From IMG/VR virus record IMGVR_UViG_3300020403_004398, positions 13,013 to 77,012 of that record: 64,000 nucleotides of DNA; one strand, written 5' to 3'. Positions 41,001-50,406 of the stretch are shown piece by piece (positions within the stretch are counted from its first letter, which is position 1; each line of letters starts with the position of its first letter). The DNA is from a virus. Lineage: Duplodnaviria; Caudoviricetes. The notes beneath the pieces are model-generated. The model ran no database searches. It was not told where the DNA came from and worked only from the letters and a program-made list of their open reading frames with translations. The position numbers and the translations under genes are program-made.

Positions 41001-41118
41001 GCAGGGAAGAAAAATGTCGACCCAAACAAGAAAGAAGTTTGTAATTCTAAAGTATGAACCAGAAAGAGAAAAGGACAATATAATACCAGTTAACAATGTA
41101 ATGATGGTGGAGGTATAA
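38026..41118 (+). CDS. Large hypothetical protein, probably virion-associated
   Basis: 1030-codon ORF with TAGTG coupling, embedded in the tail/baseplate block. Confidence 0.55.
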   Translation: MANYYGEDAFPIITTKRIRIVDSHQQKVKVEYALRLPQGIDSGTLLRDFSSIGDIRIFFVILDDTSYSLITNLMNVRTRQAAIDMINREQQKLLAEDLNQLPSFAINRIADSKAMASMAFEEVLQNQRTMRVSASDLGGEYYHDVYGEIEIPYDPPTSYSEMSTNRLHLVSFFHVLVEEDKYTDALGGGLVYDLLLERAENGRLTIPNFINAFFVDDPSAGMIPYYGPAHYHGPNNSADGYVGWMAGHMEGEMGPRLTVHQVRNYKISSDVSFGAHRSIVGTPAANRLAAHAGSSRAPAGQEVEGFLNSFFDQNTLLDKQEKIRRMAIASLYSDRINNLNVVQHGTANTAHINVIVDETNTAVPSLANSNHAFVLGINILDIIKSESSFGHIVNFHDERGNTSFVSEAVRYSKIAGIKITRRRVDSIPYSSNKLATPEYPRYNSEDTDMFLISSADETRSLNQRVFGRSRNSGPSLGLAAAETPRGSIEEVEVLSFRNFLDSSSRPRTHHRHFLIKDFDLFHNVESGKYTYLLELILHDGTRDVISIMFNRLKDSLKDFQEYIKEASTAAVRNPAGDDYLHGNYDYLIGDHTPAFKNSTNFENTIKKAVDSYCEIVRFIGSTPVHYSVKERLYNFLSPIGVSLETLHQFEDLLSSLASTLKDVLYTGVEKSFDGFISHGQEISVPDSPAHIQRQITVSSKTNVFIDAFSKTSVLADYSQTRGVFQSIVSSQDLYLRLNSNPETFNDITPSRYILCDPVAFKEKQVNVVQKTGRRPEINSGRMKDIEHRTEGHIQIISTFEDYSTSSPLRREFIDTKMNVLRKLDAENTAMAEKEESFFPQMLQTFSGLALGTSTGVSFTSPLSMARSLNLFDNSPNMSEEVQEAICEAAYKGTDKDFFVNSISSTYKDLVQTRKQLGNLYDQMNKIFGLFDSIVSQGATNSNFKARFLGTGPGKVSRNINLPGSTYDRDASTAFMVGPGVEKSTANLAIVLKQGRKMSTQTRKKFVILKYEPEREKDNIIPVNNVMMVEV

Positions 41119-41120
41119 AC

Positions 41121-44033
41121 ATGGAAGACGACAATTGCAGATACATTCCAGAACCTTGTGATCCGCCTGTAGACGATCCACCCGGCGGCGGCGGAGGCGG
41201 CACACCCCCAGGTGATCCTAGTGAAGAGGCGCCCCAACCTGCAGTCCCGGCCTTCCCAGAGAGGGATACGCGAGATTTAACTAGAAGTACACCCGGCGCC
41301 CTTAGAGAAACTGTCTTGGTAGAAAGGCAGAACTATACTAGCCAAGCGCCAGAGGCCGTCTATCGAGCTCCGGCTCAGATGGTCCAAGAACTTTCAACTC
41401 ATTTGGGCGACGGATTTGAGAGAATGGACATTTTCCGCCATGTTGCAGGTTCATTGTGGACCTTTGAAGAGGGAGAGCTAAGAACAATTATTGGACCTCA
41501 CTTTGTTGGGGAGGCAGCTTTGCATCTGGCTATTCGCACACCTCCATCCAACGCCAGCCGCGGCGTCCCATTTTCTGTGGGTGTAAAACCCGCAGTAAGA
41601 ATTCCAGCTACTAAGGTTTTTCAAGAAGACGTTTTTTTGGTGGTCCACAGAGACAGTATCGAAGCTTTATTCTCAGATAATGATAATTATGAAGATTTGT
41701 TCCTGCCTGATCCCGGCAGCCCGCGCGAAGAGTACAACGCCGCCTCGAGGCTATCCATAGCGGCGAATCCATTCAGAGGCTTGCCACACATCAACGATGT
41801 TAACCAGGGGAGATGGCGCACACGTATATCAGACGACCCAGACTTTGAGGAGGCCGACCTGCCGCGCGGCTCATCGATCCCAGTAGGTTTTCCATTGTCA
41901 AGTTACAAGTTTGATTCGTCGTTTAAAGCTCCAGCAGCTTATTTTCGAGCAGAAACTATACAAGAAGGAGAAGTGATAAAAGACAACGTCTTGTTAGAGT
42001 CTGTTTCCGACTCGTCAACTGAATATCCTGAAGGCTTGTCGGAGTTGGACTTGTTGAAAAGTGCTTATAGAATATATGCTATAACCGAATTGGGCATGGA
42101 GGCTGATCCCACGATTAGTACACACGATGACTTCAACCAAAAATTTCCCGCAGAACAAGTTGAATTAATCGCCAGTGCAAATTCCTGGATACAGCAAAGC
42201 TTAGAACAGCCAAGATACCAGACTGCTTTAGCAGAATCTGACATAGGCACCCATGTAAAAATATCATTTAACATGCATCATGACAGCGATATCGCGGCCG
42301 TTTTTAAAAATCAGGAGCTGGATAAAGTTCTTTTAGATATGATAACTAAAGAAGAAAACAAACAAGAGATATTATTTACTCAAGTTTTGAACCAGCAAGA
42401 TGATAGAACCGGCGAAGTTTTAAACGACAAAGTAGTAACAGAGTACACTCCTAACAACTATCAAATAAGCAGGCGTGATATTAATCGATATTTACGCGGT
42501 GACGCCAATGACATGTCTTACGGTGATGAAACTATGATGAAAAACGAATTTCCTTTAGGTTATGCACTAAACACAACATTAATTCCAGCTGTTATGGGCA
42601 TGTTCGCCCGGACTCAGGAAAGATTAATAGCAGAACATCATAGAACTTTTGCAAAAATATTAAATGAAGATCTTGCTTACTCTCAAGTTGTAGCTTACAA
42701 AATTGAAAAAAGAGACGCGGAGACAGGGGAAGTTATACAAAACTTTTATCTGTTCAATGATCCAGATACCGAAGAATTTGAATTTATTGATGCACAAGTG
42801 TTTCCATTCAAGAGGTACACTTATAGCATATATACTATAAACTACGTTTTGGGTTCAAAATATCGATACCAAAACATGTTTCTTTCAACTGGTGCCCTCG
42901 AAAATCTTGAGAATAATCAAGAGCTTCTAACAGGTAAACAGCTTCTACTCAGAGATGATCTCTCTAACACCGACCTTGTTGCTAGATACGTCGGCGCGGC
43001 CGGGGATGTCGGCCGCCGGATATTTGATAACAAAGCAGCAACAGCGTTTAGAGTTAGAACGGAAAGGGTAGAAAGTTATATTGAAGCACCTTATTTTAAA
43101 GATACTATAAGAGTTTCTAACCTACCCCCTCTTTATCCGAACGTGACAGTGGAGGAAGCACAAGACAATCAATCTGGCCGCACAAGAATGGCAGAAGATA
43201 GAGTGAATATGTTTTTTAGCCAAAGAAGTGGGTTTGAATTTGAAAAACCATATGGAATCTTAGAAGAGGATATACAAATATTCGAAAACATGAGAAGAGA
43301 TCAACCCTTCGACAGAAGGGGAAGGATATCTTATGAAACAGACAATAGCTCGGTAGAATATGAGGCTTTTTTGCTTGACACCATACCGACATCATATTCT
43401 GATTTTGCGAATGGACAAAGAAGGGTGACAAGCGTTCCAGCAATTAGTTTACAGATTAGACCAAACCACAGATATTATATGACGTTTAGAACAAGAGATA
43501 AAGATGGGATCTCTAATCCTAGTGAAATATACACATTAATGATAGTAAGTACAGACACTGAATTAAGGCTAGAATGGGATCTTTTTGAACAACAAACAGA
43601 GCAGCATCAAGCCATAACAGTCCAACGTGCATTTAGTATTGAAGTTTCGCCAGAGCAAGCAGAGGTCAACTACGAGGCTGCACCTGTACGATCAGACATA
43701 CCAGAAGAAGAGAATAGAGAGTCCGTCTATACTAATGCGCCTCAAAACGAAGAATTTTATTACACAGCTCCCGCAGTGGAAAATCTTTTCCTTGGCCCGG
43801 GTACAAGTGCGGAATCTGTTTGGGGTAAAAAATTTAAGTTTAGAATCAGATCAAAAACAACAGGAAAAACACTAGATATAAATGCGAAGTTTCAAGCCAA
43901 AAGAACAAAGAAGTTCCCGCAGATTTTAGGGCAACGAATTGCACCAGAAGTTCAGAGAAACGTGCAGTCCACTGCAGCCTGGTTTGCTGAACGTGAAGGT
44001 AGAGTAGCTCCGGTCGAAGATGATGGCTATTGA
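41121..44033 (+). CDS. Large hypothetical virion protein with FN3/Ig-like segments
   Basis: 970 aa, GGAGG SD, Pro/Gly-rich N-terminus, YKIEKRD...FEFIDAQV...YTYSIY FN3-like strands. Confidence 0.55.
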   Translation: MEDDNCRYIPEPCDPPVDDPPGGGGGGTPPGDPSEEAPQPAVPAFPERDTRDLTRSTPGALRETVLVERQNYTSQAPEAVYRAPAQMVQELSTHLGDGFERMDIFRHVAGSLWTFEEGELRTIIGPHFVGEAALHLAIRTPPSNASRGVPFSVGVKPAVRIPATKVFQEDVFLVVHRDSIEALFSDNDNYEDLFLPDPGSPREEYNAASRLSIAANPFRGLPHINDVNQGRWRTRISDDPDFEEADLPRGSSIPVGFPLSSYKFDSSFKAPAAYFRAETIQEGEVIKDNVLLESVSDSSTEYPEGLSELDLLKSAYRIYAITELGMEADPTISTHDDFNQKFPAEQVELIASANSWIQQSLEQPRYQTALAESDIGTHVKISFNMHHDSDIAAVFKNQELDKVLLDMITKEENKQEILFTQVLNQQDDRTGEVLNDKVVTEYTPNNYQISRRDINRYLRGDANDMSYGDETMMKNEFPLGYALNTTLIPAVMGMFARTQERLIAEHHRTFAKILNEDLAYSQVVAYKIEKRDAETGEVIQNFYLFNDPDTEEFEFIDAQVFPFKRYTYSIYTINYVLGSKYRYQNMFLSTGALENLENNQELLTGKQLLLRDDLSNTDLVARYVGAAGDVGRRIFDNKAATAFRVRTERVESYIEAPYFKDTIRVSNLPPLYPNVTVEEAQDNQSGRTRMAEDRVNMFFSQRSGFEFEKPYGILEEDIQIFENMRRDQPFDRRGRISYETDNSSVEYEAFLLDTIPTSYSDFANGQRRVTSVPAISLQIRPNHRYYMTFRTRDKDGISNPSEIYTLMIVSTDTELRLEWDLFEQQTEQHQAITVQRAFSIEVSPEQAEVNYEAAPVRSDIPEEENRESVYTNAPQNEEFYYTAPAVENLFLGPGTSAESVWGKKFKFRIRSKTTGKTLDINAKFQAKRTKKFPQILGQRIAPEVQRNVQSTAAWFAEREGRVAPVEDDGY

Positions 44034-44092
44034 TTCTTGGACATTTGTACATCGCTAAGGTAAAAAATAAAAAGAATTATTAGAAACAAAAT

Positions 44093-44100
44093 ACTATTTA
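44093..44100 (+). promoter_or_regulatory. Putative late promoter ACTATTTA
   Basis: Intergenic, 32 nt before the ATG at 44133; same motif recurs in other gaps. Confidence 0.5.
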
Positions 44101-44132
44101 TTAGTGATTTTGTTAACAGAAGGAGCGTTATA

Positions 44133-45149
44133 ATGGCATTTTTGGACAATTCAGGAGATATTATATTAGACGCAGTCTTAACAGACTTGGGTCGACAAAA
44201 ACTTGCAAAGGGCAATTTTAGAATTCAAAAATTTGCTCTAGGAGACGAAGAGATAAACTATGCGCTTTTTGACTCTAGCGATAATAGAGGTTCGGCGTTT
44301 TATGACTTAGAGATAATGCAAACGCCATTACTTGAAGCATTCACTAGTGATCAGTCTCTTATGCATTCTAGATTGATGACCTTTGAGAGAAATAACATTC
44401 TTTATTTGCCAATTTTAAAAGCCAATAATAAAATTGACAGCTGCAGACCCAATGTGTCATTAGGCGGCTGGAATCTAATAGCAGACAACCACACTTACAC
44501 AGGAAACAACACCCTTAACCAGCCCGCGGAATTTGGATTTTTACACGGAGTGTCTGGAGAATTTGCTTCTACAACCACCCACATCTGTGTGGACCAGGGC
44601 ATAGACTCCGCAGCTAATGGGATGAGTATTGCAACTGAGATTGATGAAAATCTATTAGATAGATCATTCTTGATAAAGATGGACTCAAGATTGTTGAAGT
44701 TAGAATCTTTTGTGGGGGAAGGCAATGCACAGCCTGTTAACGATTTTCACTTTGACGACGATGGTATTGTAACATATAGGTTGACTCAAGGAAGGGGAAA
44801 TGCATCAATTATGGGACCACGAGATTCCATTCCAGAGCGGAGAAGAGACGATATAGACTCTTCAATGGATGACAACCAGCTAGCGCCAATAGCAGCAACG
44901 GAAATGTTTGCAGGCCCGCTAGGAAATGTTTTAAGGATTGTACCAAGAACCACCCAAGAAGTCCAGCTATCAACATCTTTGTTTGATGAGTTGGGAAATG
45001 ATGGCATCGATCTTGCTTTCAAGGGTGTAAACAACGGAATAGATGTCTACAAGTTCATTGATACGACAATAAGCGTAATGGGCGTAGACACAGGATTCAA
45101 ATTAGACCTGCCGATTCGAATCATAAAGGGCAGCGCATTCGGCTCGTAA
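44133..45149 (+). CDS. Putative baseplate/tail protein
   Basis: AGGAG SD, upstream ACTATTTA motif, MAFLDNSGDIILDAVLTDLGRQKLAKGNFRIQKFALGDEEINY. Confidence 0.55.
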   Translation: MAFLDNSGDIILDAVLTDLGRQKLAKGNFRIQKFALGDEEINYALFDSSDNRGSAFYDLEIMQTPLLEAFTSDQSLMHSRLMTFERNNILYLPILKANNKIDSCRPNVSLGGWNLIADNHTYTGNNTLNQPAEFGFLHGVSGEFASTTTHICVDQGIDSAANGMSIATEIDENLLDRSFLIKMDSRLLKLESFVGEGNAQPVNDFHFDDDGIVTYRLTQGRGNASIMGPRDSIPERRRDDIDSSMDDNQLAPIAATEMFAGPLGNVLRIVPRTTQEVQLSTSLFDELGNDGIDLAFKGVNNGIDVYKFIDTTISVMGVDTGFKLDLPIRIIKGSAFGS

Positions 45150-45176
45150 TTACCGCATAAGACTTAGGAGAAGAAA

Positions 45177-46304
45177 ATGGCCGTAACATTTAAACCAATA
45201 TCTCACGCAGACAGAACACATTCAAGAACTTTACTGCACGAGAATATACCAATAACAGGTGCTTTAGTTTCAGGAAGCACATATACAAACATTGCTATAA
45301 CAGCAGAGAACGGGGTATCCGCCCGGGCCGACAACATTAAAACGTTTTCACACGGCATGTTTCAGTCTGTCTACGACTACCCATACGCTAGCTCTTCAGC
45401 GAACCACTTGTTCGACGTGACTTTAGGATGCAGCACCCGACCAGAATCGCTTTCATCATCAACAGCTTGGGCCACTACTGCTCAAAGATCAAAGAAAGTA
45501 AACATTTATAATCAAATGGCTCAGGTGCTTGCAGGTTACAACACTGGAAGTCTAGTTAGGACCTTCGATCTTTCTGGTTCGTTTGAAGCCCCTGCTGCAG
45601 GCGAAAACTATAGAGAAATAAATGAAGCAGTGTTTTTAAATTTTTCAAGACTTTTGACGAAAGATGAAATTAAGAAGGGGTCTTTTTCTATGACTGTGGT
45701 AACCTCTTCTGTTTATGCTAACATAGAACAAAAGGCACATTTAGAATCAAAGACTATTACTGATGTCAGTGCAAGTAATTCCTACAAGGTTAATTCACCC
45801 GCAGGAGAGTATGGCGTCTTAACTAACGGTACCCATCCCGTGGGTCTTTTGTATTACCAAGCCGGTATAGCTGTTTTGACTGCTTCTGTTTTTGAAGGAG
45901 CAACAACAGCAACTCAGCTTGCAGGTTTAACGCCGGGAGGGATAAAGACCACTGCGCTAATCACAGGTTCGACAATTAACTCATTTGCAGATGCGGCAAG
46001 AAAAAGAATATTTAATATATCTTTTAACAATACTACAGAACTGAATTCTACAATTTATTTTTGTCGAGCCCATCATCATGAGTTTAATTATAGCTCTAAC
46101 CCAACGTACTTGTCAGGAAGCAAAATAAGAGTGAAAGAAGGATCAGATAACTCAAATGAGATGCTTAACCCGCCACGTTCTTACGTTACAACAGTCGGGC
46201 TCTATTCTCCAAATAATGAGCTTTTGGCAGTAGCAAAACTTTCAGAACCATTACGTAAGGATCCAACAGTTGAGCTTAATTTGAGAGTTAGACTGGATTA
46301 TTAA
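45177..46304 (+). CDS. Putative tail/baseplate protein (paralogue of 46307)
   Basis: C-terminal YVTTVGLYSPNNELLAVAKLSEPLRK...LRVRLDY; AGGAG SD. Confidence 0.55.
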   Translation: MAVTFKPISHADRTHSRTLLHENIPITGALVSGSTYTNIAITAENGVSARADNIKTFSHGMFQSVYDYPYASSSANHLFDVTLGCSTRPESLSSSTAWATTAQRSKKVNIYNQMAQVLAGYNTGSLVRTFDLSGSFEAPAAGENYREINEAVFLNFSRLLTKDEIKKGSFSMTVVTSSVYANIEQKAHLESKTITDVSASNSYKVNSPAGEYGVLTNGTHPVGLLYYQAGIAVLTASVFEGATTATQLAGLTPGGIKTTALITGSTINSFADAARKRIFNISFNNTTELNSTIYFCRAHHHEFNYSSNPTYLSGSKIRVKEGSDNSNEMLNPPRSYVTTVGLYSPNNELLAVAKLSEPLRKDPTVELNLRVRLDY

Positions 46305-46306
46305 AA

Positions 46307-47488
46307 ATGAGCTTCAAAAGGTTTAGGCATAAAGATATAGTTAACAACACTATAGTAGCTAAGCCTGAGTTCGATTTTGTCGTACACAGCGGCAGCACCT
46401 ATCTCAACAGGGAACGTTCAGTAGACGGCGACTATTCAAACAAAATCAAGCACATTCCATCCGGCCACATAAGTTTGCATGAACTTAACATTAATCGGCC
46501 TTCAGGGTCTTTGATTACTGCTTTTGTGGAAAAAAACAGTAGCAGATATTCTTTAAAAGCGGTTAGTACAAGAGAATTTGACGACGCAGAAATTTATGCT
46601 TTTGGGGACACAGTAACCCAAACATACCCATTAAGCGCCTCCCTAAGTAGGATATACGTCCCAGCCGGCCAAGAATTCAGCTCTAGTGTTTCGGATGCTC
46701 ATACAAACAAAAAATATATTAGAGCTTTAAAGAATGTAATAGAGTCTAGTAACAAAGTCGGCCGTAGAATAAACTATGGAAACCTAGGAACAAGTGCTGT
46801 CAATATGGTTTGTATTCCTGGTATTTTTTATGGGTCAGAAGTTGAAAAGAAGACTTTGGAGCTAAATTACTACATAACAGGTACACTTGTTGCAACTGCG
46901 AAAGATTTAAATGGTGATGGTAGGTTGGTAGAGACCTATGGCCCTTCTTCCGGTCAAGAAGTTGGGCTAGCTCTTTACACACAAGGTCTTTTGTTGCTAA
47001 CAAGTTCCACAAATCTTGAACCAAACCATCAGGATTATTTTTTTTCTACAAGCTCCTTATCGAACCCTTCGTGGTTGTCGTTTGGCACAGGAACAGGACA
47101 AGCAGGGCAAGCACTGGAGCACACTTCAGTAATTAGTTCTTCTTATTCTGTGTTCTTCAGAGGGGTCAACAAAATACCATCAATTACTATGTTTGCGTTT
47201 TCGGAAAAAGGAGAACATAACTTCTCTCATAATCCCACTTTTGTAAGTAGATCTGCAGGGACGTTTCACCAATCTGGTTCGCAATATATAGAGGCTAGAA
47301 AGGATTTGAAAAAAATAAACAAATCAGATTATGTAAGTTACGAAGAAGATTTTGAAGGAGTAACTTACATTTCGAAAGTTGGTATATATGATAAAGATAA
47401 GAATCTTATAGCAATTGCATCTCTTGCAAATCCAATTAAAAAGACAGAGAAAAGAGATTTCATGATTAAAATGAAATTAGATTTCTAA
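46307..47488 (+). CDS. Putative tail/baseplate protein (paralogue of 45177)
   Basis: C-terminal YISKVGIYDKDKNLIAIASLANPIKK...IKMKLDF. Confidence 0.55.
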   Translation: MSFKRFRHKDIVNNTIVAKPEFDFVVHSGSTYLNRERSVDGDYSNKIKHIPSGHISLHELNINRPSGSLITAFVEKNSSRYSLKAVSTREFDDAEIYAFGDTVTQTYPLSASLSRIYVPAGQEFSSSVSDAHTNKKYIRALKNVIESSNKVGRRINYGNLGTSAVNMVCIPGIFYGSEVEKKTLELNYYITGTLVATAKDLNGDGRLVETYGPSSGQEVGLALYTQGLLLLTSSTNLEPNHQDYFFSTSSLSNPSWLSFGTGTGQAGQALEHTSVISSSYSVFFRGVNKIPSITMFAFSEKGEHNFSHNPTFVSRSAGTFHQSGSQYIEARKDLKKINKSDYVSYEEDFEGVTYISKVGIYDKDKNLIAIASLANPIKKTEKRDFMIKMKLDF

Positions 47489-47490
47489 TC

Positions 47491-48174
47491 ATGTCGGAAT
47501 TTAAAAAAGGAAAAATAAAGTTTTTAGCAGTAAAATTGTCAGCGTTACAAGCAGAACTAAAAGTATCAAAGGAGATTCTTGCTTCTGCCTCACGTGAAGT
47601 GAACGCAATGTTTAAAAGAAAATATTTTCCAGAAGTGCCGCAGGCTGCACCCCCCGAGGAACCGCCTGGGCCGATTGCCCACCCCAGTGATGAAGTAAAA
47701 GAATCGGAAAACAAACAAGAAACCCATCAAACACAGCAAGAAAACGAAAAGGCATCTGACACTGCAGAAGAAGAGGAAAGAATAGAAATTTCAGAAAAAG
47801 ACGTAGACCCTGAAGTTAAAAAACTTTTTAGAAGAATTGCTCTTAAAATTCACCCTGATAAATTATTGCACTTGAATGAAGGATACGAAAAAGAAAAAAA
47901 GGAAAAACTATATCTAAAAGCAGTAGAAGCTATGGACAATAATGATTTGCTTGCCATGGCAGATGTCGCCATCGATATAGATCTGGAGGTGCCAGAGATT
48001 GATGAAATAAGGTTAAAAAAAACAGAAAGTAAAATAAAAGATATAAAAAAAGAACTAGAAATGATAGAGTCTACTGTAGTATGGCATTGGTTTTTTTGCA
48101 CAGACCCAGAACAAAAAGACAAAATACTTTCAAGTTTATTCGAGGCAATGTATGCTAATCACACTAGGTCTTGA
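47491..48174 (+). CDS. J-domain (DnaJ-like) co-chaperone protein
   Basis: EVKKLFRRIALKIHPDK: helix II plus HPD motif (H121), flanked by coiled coils. Confidence 0.75.
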   Translation: MSEFKKGKIKFLAVKLSALQAELKVSKEILASASREVNAMFKRKYFPEVPQAAPPEEPPGPIAHPSDEVKESENKQETHQTQQENEKASDTAEEEERIEISEKDVDPEVKKLFRRIALKIHPDKLLHLNEGYEKEKKEKLYLKAVEAMDNNDLLAMADVAIDIDLEVPEIDEIRLKKTESKIKDIKKELEMIESTVVWHWFFCTDPEQKDKILSSLFEAMYANHTRS

Positions 48175-48691
48175 CATATCAACCTCTATCACCGGCGCCA
48201 CAATAATGAAAGATGGCAAAATAGTCGAAGCTGTCTTTTGGGATACCAGAAACAAGCGAAAATTTCCTTCTTTATATGAAAAATCCTCTTTTTTGAAGTG
48301 TAATTTAAACACCCTCAAAGAAAAATATAACATAACTAACATATTTATAGAGCAGTCTCTACATTCTTTTCGATCTGGATTCTCCTCCGCCCAGACTCTT
48401 TCAACTCTTTCGAGGTTTAACGGAATTGTTTCGTGGTTATGTTACGAGATTTTTGACATTCAACCATCGATGTTAGCCGCTACCAGCGCGCGCAAGCAAG
48501 CCGGCCTGACCGTCAAAAGAGGTGAAAACGCGAAACAAAAAGTTCTTGAGTTTATACTTGACAAACACCCTGCAGTTGCGATAGAATATACAAAACATGG
48601 AAACCCCAAACCCGGTATGTATGATTTGTGCGATAGCATAATTATCGCATTAGCAGGAGACAAAATTGCCAGAGAAGCTGAATCTACTTAA
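48152..48691 (+). CDS. RuvC-like Holliday junction resolvase
   Basis: LGLDISTSITG, IFIEQ and YDLCDSIIIA carry the RNase H-fold acidic residues. Confidence 0.8.
   Translation: MLITLGLDISTSITGATIMKDGKIVEAVFWDTRNKRKFPSLYEKSSFLKCNLNTLKEKYNITNIFIEQSLHSFRSGFSSAQTLSTLSRFNGIVSWLCYEIFDIQPSMLAATSARKQAGLTVKRGENAKQKVLEFILDKHPAVAIEYTKHGNPKPGMYDLCDSIIIALAGDKIAREAEST
48558..48587 (+). promoter_or_regulatory. Candidate sigma70-like promoter TTGACA-N18-TAGAAT upstream of primase
   Basis: Lies inside the RuvC-like gene, ~80 nt before the primase start. Confidence 0.4.
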
Positions 48692-49589
48692 AAAAGCACT
48701 AGGAAGTTGTTGGACTAACAATGAAGAACACCTGTTTCACTGCCCTAGGTGTAGCCATCACAAACGAAAACTTTCAGTCAACATAGAAAGGGATGTTTTT
48801 AAGTGTTGGATTTGCGACTATTCAGGAACTAAAATTTCTCAATTAATAAAAAAGTACGCACCAGGATACTACGCTGATTGGAAGCAACTTAGAGGAGAGG
48901 TTGACCTTTCGGAATACGAGAACTTATTTGGCCCGCCACAACACAAAATAGACGTACCAGTTGATCTCCCCGATAATTTTCAGACTTTAACTGGAAAAAA
49001 GACAAAAGTAAAACAGAAGGCGCTAAATTATCTTTACGACCGCGGTATTACAGATCAGGATATACTATTCTGGCGCATGGGGTTTTCTGATTACGGAGAA
49101 TACAAAGGCAGGATAATAATACCAAGTTTCGACACCACGGGCAAATTAGACTACTTTATCGCAAGATCGTACACTGAGGACTGGATGAAATACAAAAACC
49201 CCAAAGTTAGTAAGGATATAATCTTTAATGATCTAAATATAGACTGGTCCAAAGACATTATGTTGGTAGAGGGAGTGTTCGACGCTATAAAATGCGACAA
49301 CGCGATACCCCTTTTGGGCTCCACTTTAAAAGAAACTTCAACGCTTTTTAGAAAGATCTGTAACCTGCGTCCAAACGTATACTTAGCTCTTGATACAGAT
49401 GCAAAAGATAAGGAGTTTGCCATAGCGAAAAAATTAAAAGAATATGGCATTGTTGCAAGGACTGTTCCAGTTTTTCCTTATAATGATGTAGGGGAGATGT
49501 CGAAGCAAACTGTAAAGTTGCAAAAACAAAAAGCACTTATCGTTAATGATTTGGATTTTTTAGAGAATAGCATTAAATTTCACATTTGA
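48666..49589 (+). CDS. DNA primase (zinc finger + TOPRIM)
   Basis: HCPRC...CWIC zinc finger, YLYDRG, RIIIPSF, LVEGVFDAI, LALDTDA. TTG start. Confidence 0.88.
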   Translation: MPEKLNLLKKALGSCWTNNEEHLFHCPRCSHHKRKLSVNIERDVFKCWICDYSGTKISQLIKKYAPGYYADWKQLRGEVDLSEYENLFGPPQHKIDVPVDLPDNFQTLTGKKTKVKQKALNYLYDRGITDQDILFWRMGFSDYGEYKGRIIIPSFDTTGKLDYFIARSYTEDWMKYKNPKVSKDIIFNDLNIDWSKDIMLVEGVFDAIKCDNAIPLLGSTLKETSTLFRKICNLRPNVYLALDTDAKDKEFAIAKKLKEYGIVARTVPVFPYNDVGEMSKQTVKLQKQKALIVNDLDFLENSIKFHI

Positions 49590-49623
49590 CAGTGTTACAA
49601 TAAGTGGCGAAAGAGAGGATAAA

Positions 49624-50334
49624 ATGTCATACCACGGACTTATTCCAATGATGAAGGCTCATCTTTTGGACCTTAAAGAACTTTACGCCGAAAGGGCCCT
49701 GTCTCACGGCGGGCACCCCCTGCACCCACGTGTATTAGAGATCGGTATAGATAAGGGACAAACACTCATACCTTTGTATTCTTTTTTGCAAAATAATTTT
49801 AAACTCTTCGAAATTATAGGGTGCGATATTTATGTTAGGCCTCACGTCGGAACAATTTTAGCCGCGATGCAAAGTGACGCTAGCCCATCGCAACTTGCCT
49901 ACTTGCAAGAGGAATCAAGCCTTACAATGTTGCCAAGATGTCTAGAAATAAAAACAGACAACAATGATAGGGGGTTCGACCTAATTTTAATAGATGGGGA
50001 TCACAACTATCGTACAGTAAAAGAAGAGTTACATTTTTGTACAAATCTACTCGCTCCTGCCGGAATTATCGTTTTGGATGATTATAACGGTAAGCACGCA
50101 AATAAAGACATGTTCTATTCTGAGGACAAAGAGACTATAGACAACACGGATCTAGCGACCCCAGCGCCAACGGAAGAGTCTTCAAAGCAGGGAGTAAAAA
50201 CAGCGGTAGACGAATTCCTTGAAAATAATTTAGCCTGGTCTCTGGCAGAGTGTTTTCTAGGGCACACCACCAAGCTGGAACCCGCAATCTTATATAGAAA
50301 CAGAGAGTGGCAGATCGAAGATGTAGTGTTGTGA
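49624..50334 (+). CDS. Class I SAM-dependent methyltransferase (Methyltransf_24-like)
   Basis: VLEIGIDKG, IGCDI, FDLILIDGDHNY and GIIVLDDY motifs. Confidence 0.8.
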   Translation: MSYHGLIPMMKAHLLDLKELYAERALSHGGHPLHPRVLEIGIDKGQTLIPLYSFLQNNFKLFEIIGCDIYVRPHVGTILAAMQSDASPSQLAYLQEESSLTMLPRCLEIKTDNNDRGFDLILIDGDHNYRTVKEELHFCTNLLAPAGIIVLDDYNGKHANKDMFYSEDKETIDNTDLATPAPTEESSKQGVKTAVDEFLENNLAWSLAECFLGHTTKLEPAILYRNREWQIEDVVL

Positions 50335-50367
50335 AGTTAAAAGGGTTGGTTTTAACCCTAGACTCGT

Positions 50368-50375
50368 ACTATTTA
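50368..50375 (+). promoter_or_regulatory. Putative late promoter ACTATTTA
   Basis: Intergenic, upstream of the ATG at 50407. Confidence 0.45.
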
Positions 50376-50406
50376 CAATACAAACTTGATTTTTAGGAGA
50401 GTAACA

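Noticed and set aside
41181-41200. GGC repeat encoding a poly-Gly tract as a phase-variable or contingency locus
   Set aside because: It is a short, imperfect, in-frame triplet run within a Pro/Gly linker; slippage would not change the frame.
49586-49614. TTGACA upstream of the methyltransferase
   Set aside because: No -10 hexamer at 16-18 nt spacing (TACAAT is only 4 nt away).
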